Positions 60,181-64,000 of a stretch of 64,000 nucleotides of DNA are shown in pieces. The stretch comes from Candidatus Kerfeldbacteria bacterium (GTDB lineage: Bacteria; Patescibacteriota; Patescibacteriia; UBA10025; JAHIVO01), in assembly GCA_016214565.1 (NCBI GenBank), contig JACROE010000002.1, positions 792,007 to 856,006 on the forward strand, in the 5' to 3' direction. The notes beneath the pieces are model-generated. The model did no database searches. It had not been told where the DNA came from and saw nothing but the letters and a program-made list of their open reading frames with translations. The translations under genes were made by a program, and so were the position numbers. The number at the start of each line of letters is the position of its first letter. The stretch's first letter is position 1.

Positions 60181-60936
60181 ATGAGCAATCCAGATCAACC
60201 ACAACCCTCTCCCGAAGAACTCGGGCAAGATGCACAACAAAAAAATGTAGAAAACCCCGCCGAGGCTCAGTCTCAGAGTGCGGAGAAACCAAGCGCCACA
60301 TCGCAAGAGATTTACGACGGATATCTGCGTCAACGGGAAGAAGCGCTTGGCTCTGATAATCGGTATTTCGCTAAACAACATTTTGGCTATGAGGTGACTG
60401 ATGAAGAAGAATTGATGATGTACTATATTGCCAATGGCGGAGCAACTGGTTTTCGTGAGCGGAAAGAAGCGCGGGAGCGAGAACACAAGCAAGAAGCGCC
60501 TGAACAGGTAGTCGCACCCAAAACAGTCTACCATGGTTCCGTGACATCCGGGATCGAGGAATTGGAACCACGGCGGCGGTCGATACCCGGCGGGGCTGAT
60601 CCGGAGACGCACCCGGCGCTCATTTATGGTTCAGATAATCCCGCTTTCGCTGCTGCACATTCGTTTCTTTGGGGCACGGATGAGGGATTTGATCTTTCGG
60701 TGGAAAACGGTGCCGTTCTTTTCAGGGTACCCGAGGATCTACGTGACAGGTTATTGGTACCCGTCCACCTCTACACGTTAGACGGAAAGAATTTCAAGCT
60801 CACGCCTGGGGAGGGCACTGGGCATACGTTTCACACGGACCAGCCTGTTAAGCCGAGTTTGGCTGAATCGTTCGCATCAGTAACGGAAGCGATTGAGCAC
60901 TTCGGTGGCAGGGTGGAGTTCTACACTCCGGAGTAG
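60181..60936 (+). CDS. Hypothetical protein with an acidic N-terminus
   Basis: Coding-like ORF with no recognisable motif. Confidence 0.4.
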   Translation: MSNPDQPQPSPEELGQDAQQKNVENPAEAQSQSAEKPSATSQEIYDGYLRQREEALGSDNRYFAKQHFGYEVTDEEELMMYYIANGGATGFRERKEAREREHKQEAPEQVVAPKTVYHGSVTSGIEELEPRRRSIPGGADPETHPALIYGSDNPAFAAAHSFLWGTDEGFDLSVENGAVLFRVPEDLRDRLLVPVHLYTLDGKNFKLTPGEGTGHTFHTDQPVKPSLAESFASVTEAIEHFGGRVEFYTPE

Positions 60937-61248
60937 CAATAGTAAGCAGAATAGTTGAGCATAAAGTAAAAAGAGTACCGAAGCACTCTTTTGAGATATG
61001 TCATTGCCGCGATCACCACTTGGCAATGGAATTGCGCGAGGCATAGACTGAAATTCAGTCGAGCCCGCCGGTGGTGAACAATAATTTCCGAGCCCGAAAA
61101 TTAGGGGGTGCAAAAGTAAATTTGGGATAGGGAGAAGGGGCGAGGATTAATACGAGCATAGCGAATTGCGGTGCCCGTGTCAATAAGTAAAAAAACCGGC
61201 TCCTTGCGTTGCACAGGAGCCGGGTTACATGGTCAGTTGCTGGTTCAA

Positions 61249-63303
61249 TTATTTTTGCACTTGCACACTGCCTACCCCTGAAGGCAGCGTGAGAATGCGG
61301 TTTTGTTTTCCCGAAAGCGAGACCCAATACAGGCCTTGCTCGGCACGGACTGCGACTGCGGAAAAGTCGGGCGACCAGTCGATCCAGTATATTCCCACAT
61401 CTTGCATGAGAATAGTCTGGGTGTTCCAGTCGTTCGGTTCTCCGAGCGTAAGCTGGTGGCCACTAAACCAGGTTAGATAGTGAGTACGGTCGTCCGTAAA
61501 AAATAACGGTCCGAACCCTTTCTCTGAGAGCTGGTGGAGCGGCGCGAAGGTGCTGTCGGTCAGTTCTGACAGATTGATACTGAAGAGGCCGGCTGGGTTC
61601 CCCATTTTTTTAAATACTGCCAGACTGTCATCCAGCCAGACGGTACTCAGATTTTCGTCGTATTCCGTGGAAAATCTGCCGCTGATGTCACGGGCATTTG
61701 AGCCGTCCGCATTCATCAGATAGAGCCAGCCGTAGTAGCCCCATTCATGGTGGACAAAACTGATGGTTTGCCCATCAGGCAGGTAGACTGGGCAATTATC
61801 ATAGGTAGCAGATTTGCTCCGGTAGAGATGGATGACTTCACCCGTCCCTGGATTGAGCCGGAAGATTCCAGCCCAATATCGGCCAAAGAGAACGTATTGG
61901 CCGTCGGGAGACCAGCTGAAGTCGCTTGAGCGTTGGCCGACGTAATCAGGATACGACCCGATGACATTCCCTTGGGCATCCAGAACCATCAGAGCATTTC
62001 GCCCGGCGTAGACGAGCGCAGATCCGTCTGGCGCCCAGGAAAGCCCTTGGCCGCCCGGCGAATAATCTTCCCGCCATCGGAGGGGGTTGAGGCCGTCCAA
62101 GCCGATCGTGAAGATGGTATCCCCGACGGTATAGATGAGGCGATGATCAGGACAGAGATCCGCCGTGGCATGGTAGCTGTAGCTATTGCCAAAGGTGACC
62201 GCGAATGACTGAACATAGGGGAATCGCCCCGGATGTTGCACGATAAGTTCGTATTGACCGTCGCTCACTGAGTCTACATAGATTGGCGTGGTGCCGAGTG
62301 GCAGACCGTTGAGCGTTACAGTTCCAGCGCCATATGGCGAAGTAACCGTCAGCGTGGCGGGCGTAGGATTGAGATTGGTACCGATGCCAATGGTTGTATT
62401 GGCTATGATGGTGACCATCGTTTCCCACGATCGGTAACGGTCTCGTATGATACGAATTGTATGCTCACCGGTAGGGATGCCAGAGAGCCTGGCAGGCGTG
62501 GTTGATCCGGTCAGTACACCGTCTATCAAGATAGCTGCGCCTTCAGGAATGGACCATACATCCAGCATACCGGTTTGGTGCACGAGGGTGGCCGCCACCA
62601 TGACCGTATCAAAGGCGATCACGGTTTGATTTGACGTCCAATCTTCATAATCGGGAAGCGATAGCCGAATATGGTGAGTGGTCGCCAACAGGCCGGAGAT
62701 GACACTCGGCGTCGTCAGGTAGGTGTCCTGGTTGTCCACGAAGATTGGCGCTCCGGGCGGTTCGGATGTAATCATCAGCGAGCCTTCAAGCTTGCGCATG
62801 ATTGCATGTATTTTCAGCGTATCACCCGTGGTGTGATGGATGGCGGTATCCCAGTCGGCGTAGTCAGGATGGGTGAGTTTGATGGTCACCGTGCCGGTGT
62901 CGATCCAGGTGATGAAGGGTGTCGGCTGAAGCAGGTAATTCCGGAAATTGACCGTGGCTCCGGTCGGGTCAGACGTAATCACCATCGGATGTATCATGGC
63001 TTGTATCAGTGTCACGCGGAGCGTGTCAATTGCTCCGGGAGCAATCGACACGGAATCTTGCCAGTGGTAGTAGTTCCACTGGCTGATGCGGATGGAGTAC
63101 TTCTGGTTCGCCACGAGGTTGATCGTGAGCGGCGTGCGCTGTCCGAGCAATTGATCGTTGCTGTAGACATTGGCAACGGCCGGATCAGTGATAACCACGA
63201 GCGTGCCGATAGTCGGCTTTGGCGGTTCGGTCGGCTTGTCTTTACAAGCCAAGCACAGCAGTATGGCTACCGCCAGGCTGAGTAGAGAAAAACGGGTATA
63301 CAT
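61249..63303 (-). CDS. Lipoprotein with PEGA-like repeats and a C-terminal TolB/PD40-like beta-propeller
   Basis: Signal peptide plus lipobox LLCLAC; repeated WSIPEGAAILIDG...GEHTIRI PEGA-like units; C-terminal repeats of the form DYSPGGQGLSWAPDGSALVYA and WSPDGQYVLF. Confidence 0.55.
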   Translation of the reverse strand: MYTRFSLLSLAVAILLCLACKDKPTEPPKPTIGTLVVITDPAVANVYSNDQLLGQRTPLTINLVANQKYSIRISQWNYYHWQDSVSIAPGAIDTLRVTLIQAMIHPMVITSDPTGATVNFRNYLLQPTPFITWIDTGTVTIKLTHPDYADWDTAIHHTTGDTLKIHAIMRKLEGSLMITSEPPGAPIFVDNQDTYLTTPSVISGLLATTHHIRLSLPDYEDWTSNQTVIAFDTVMVAATLVHQTGMLDVWSIPEGAAILIDGVLTGSTTPARLSGIPTGEHTIRIIRDRYRSWETMVTIIANTTIGIGTNLNPTPATLTVTSPYGAGTVTLNGLPLGTTPIYVDSVSDGQYELIVQHPGRFPYVQSFAVTFGNSYSYHATADLCPDHRLIYTVGDTIFTIGLDGLNPLRWREDYSPGGQGLSWAPDGSALVYAGRNALMVLDAQGNVIGSYPDYVGQRSSDFSWSPDGQYVLFGRYWAGIFRLNPGTGEVIHLYRSKSATYDNCPVYLPDGQTISFVHHEWGYYGWLYLMNADGSNARDISGRFSTEYDENLSTVWLDDSLAVFKKMGNPAGLFSINLSELTDSTFAPLHQLSEKGFGPLFFTDDRTHYLTWFSGHQLTLGEPNDWNTQTILMQDVGIYWIDWSPDFSAVAVRAEQGLYWVSLSGKQNRILTLPSGVGSVQVQK

Positions 63304-63460
63304 GAGTTCCTCCTTGGAAGGGTATCTAGGTCAGTGTTATTTTGCTATTAATGTTGCTTTTTTCAGGCGTTTGTTTCGAAACCAATCTTAGTCCTGTGTG
63401 CAGGAATCGTCAAGCAATACCCGGATTGATTTTTTATGTATAATCAGCCACACTCAGGAT

Positions 63461-64000
63461 ATGAATAATATGGCGCCTCAGCTCGAAGACTATCAGCATA
63501 TTAAGGAGAAGATTGTTGATTATTTATCTCGGCAAGGATTCTCCGAAAAGAAGCTGCTGCAAAAGGTGACTGACCTGAAGCGCCATTACCCGCGCACCCA
63601 GCGGTATTTTTTCTATACTCCGGAGCATGTCCAGCGGGTGATTGATGAATTGAAAGAAGCTGGTCTGATTGACGATCGTCGGTATGCCGAAGAAGTGTTA
63701 CGGCAGTTGCGTGACCGGAAAGACGGTGTTCATCGCATTAAACAAAAGATGTATCGCCGATTAATTCCCAAGCAGATCATTGAAGATGTGCTCCGTGGGT
63801 GGCAGACTGAAGGTCTACCCCAGGATTACACCGCTATCATTCGTGAGACAAAAAGAAAGCTTGAACGCTTGCGGGAAAAACATCCATCAAAAAAGGAAGC
63901 GTATAAGATTAAGTCAAAATTATTCGCTTTCCTTGGCCAGAAGGGGTATACGGTAGAAGAAATAAAAGACATAATCATCCAAGCTGAAAAATTAATAACT
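63461..64000 (+). CDS. recX: RecX-like regulatory protein (3' end beyond the window)
   Basis: Helical-repeat protein of RecX-like size and repeat pattern (RRYAEEVLRQL, KIKSKLFAFLGQKGYT); TGTATAAT box upstream. Confidence 0.45.
   Translation, partial: MNNMAPQLEDYQHIKEKIVDYLSRQGFSEKKLLQKVTDLKRHYPRTQRYFFYTPEHVQRVIDELKEAGLIDDRRYAEEVLRQLRDRKDGVHRIKQKMYRRLIPKQIIEDVLRGWQTEGLPQDYTAIIRETKRKLERLREKHPSKKEAYKIKSKLFAFLGQKGYTVEEIKDIIIQAEKLIT

Overview
The window looks like a compact, AT-leaning (~45% GC) genome of the Patescibacteria/CPR type. It uses the standard genetic code: TAA, TAG and TGA all serve as stops. Genes are short and mostly co-directional, membrane or secreted proteins are frequent, and no rRNA, tRNA, CRISPR array, transposase or integrase is visible.

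Housekeeping content: ileS, recO, pgsA-like, tgt, pgpA, a Clp-type AAA+ ATPase with an N-terminal membrane anchor, cyclophilin, glyQS, an M16 peptidase, an AI-2E permease, rpsU, rsmI, metG, cvpA, tatD, rmuC, an ABC exporter pair, a DEAD-box helicase, a recX-like gene, and a complete F-type ATP synthase operon (atpZ-like, atpB, E, F, H, A, G, D, C) at 34.98–42.0 kb.

Accessory content: an isolated TrbC/VirB2-type pilin; GT1 and GT2 glycosyltransferases; several large surface and lipoproteins (DUF11 repeats, PKD/Ig-like, PEGA plus TolB-like); two alpha/beta hydrolases; a hydrolase-only ppGpp-type HD protein; a stand-alone IMP cyclohydrolase domain.

The clearest functional call is a heliorhodopsin (45858..46655). 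It sits in a tight three-gene operon between a single-pass membrane protein and a VIT1/CCC1 metal transporter.

Other signals worth a second look: (1) a recurring extended -10 element, TTTGGTATACTAT, placed 7–11 nt before start codons, implying leaderless mRNAs; one 33/34-nt copy of it is duplicated on both sides of the GT2 gene. (2) A GC-rich, gene-poor 1.2 kb stretch (33.8–35.0 kb) with hairpins and small Arg-rich ORFs on both strands, a candidate structured RNA or micro-protein locus. (3) A Cys-rich 36-aa antisense micro-ORF inside the atpH–atpA gap. (4) An identical 27-nt terminator hairpin on both sides of a 916-aa lipoprotein gene. (5) A cluster of five G5 tracts (G-quadruplex candidate) upstream of rmuC. 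(6) Two clusters of small proteins bounded by strong terminators, at 43.2–45.0 kb and 47.4–51.6 kb.
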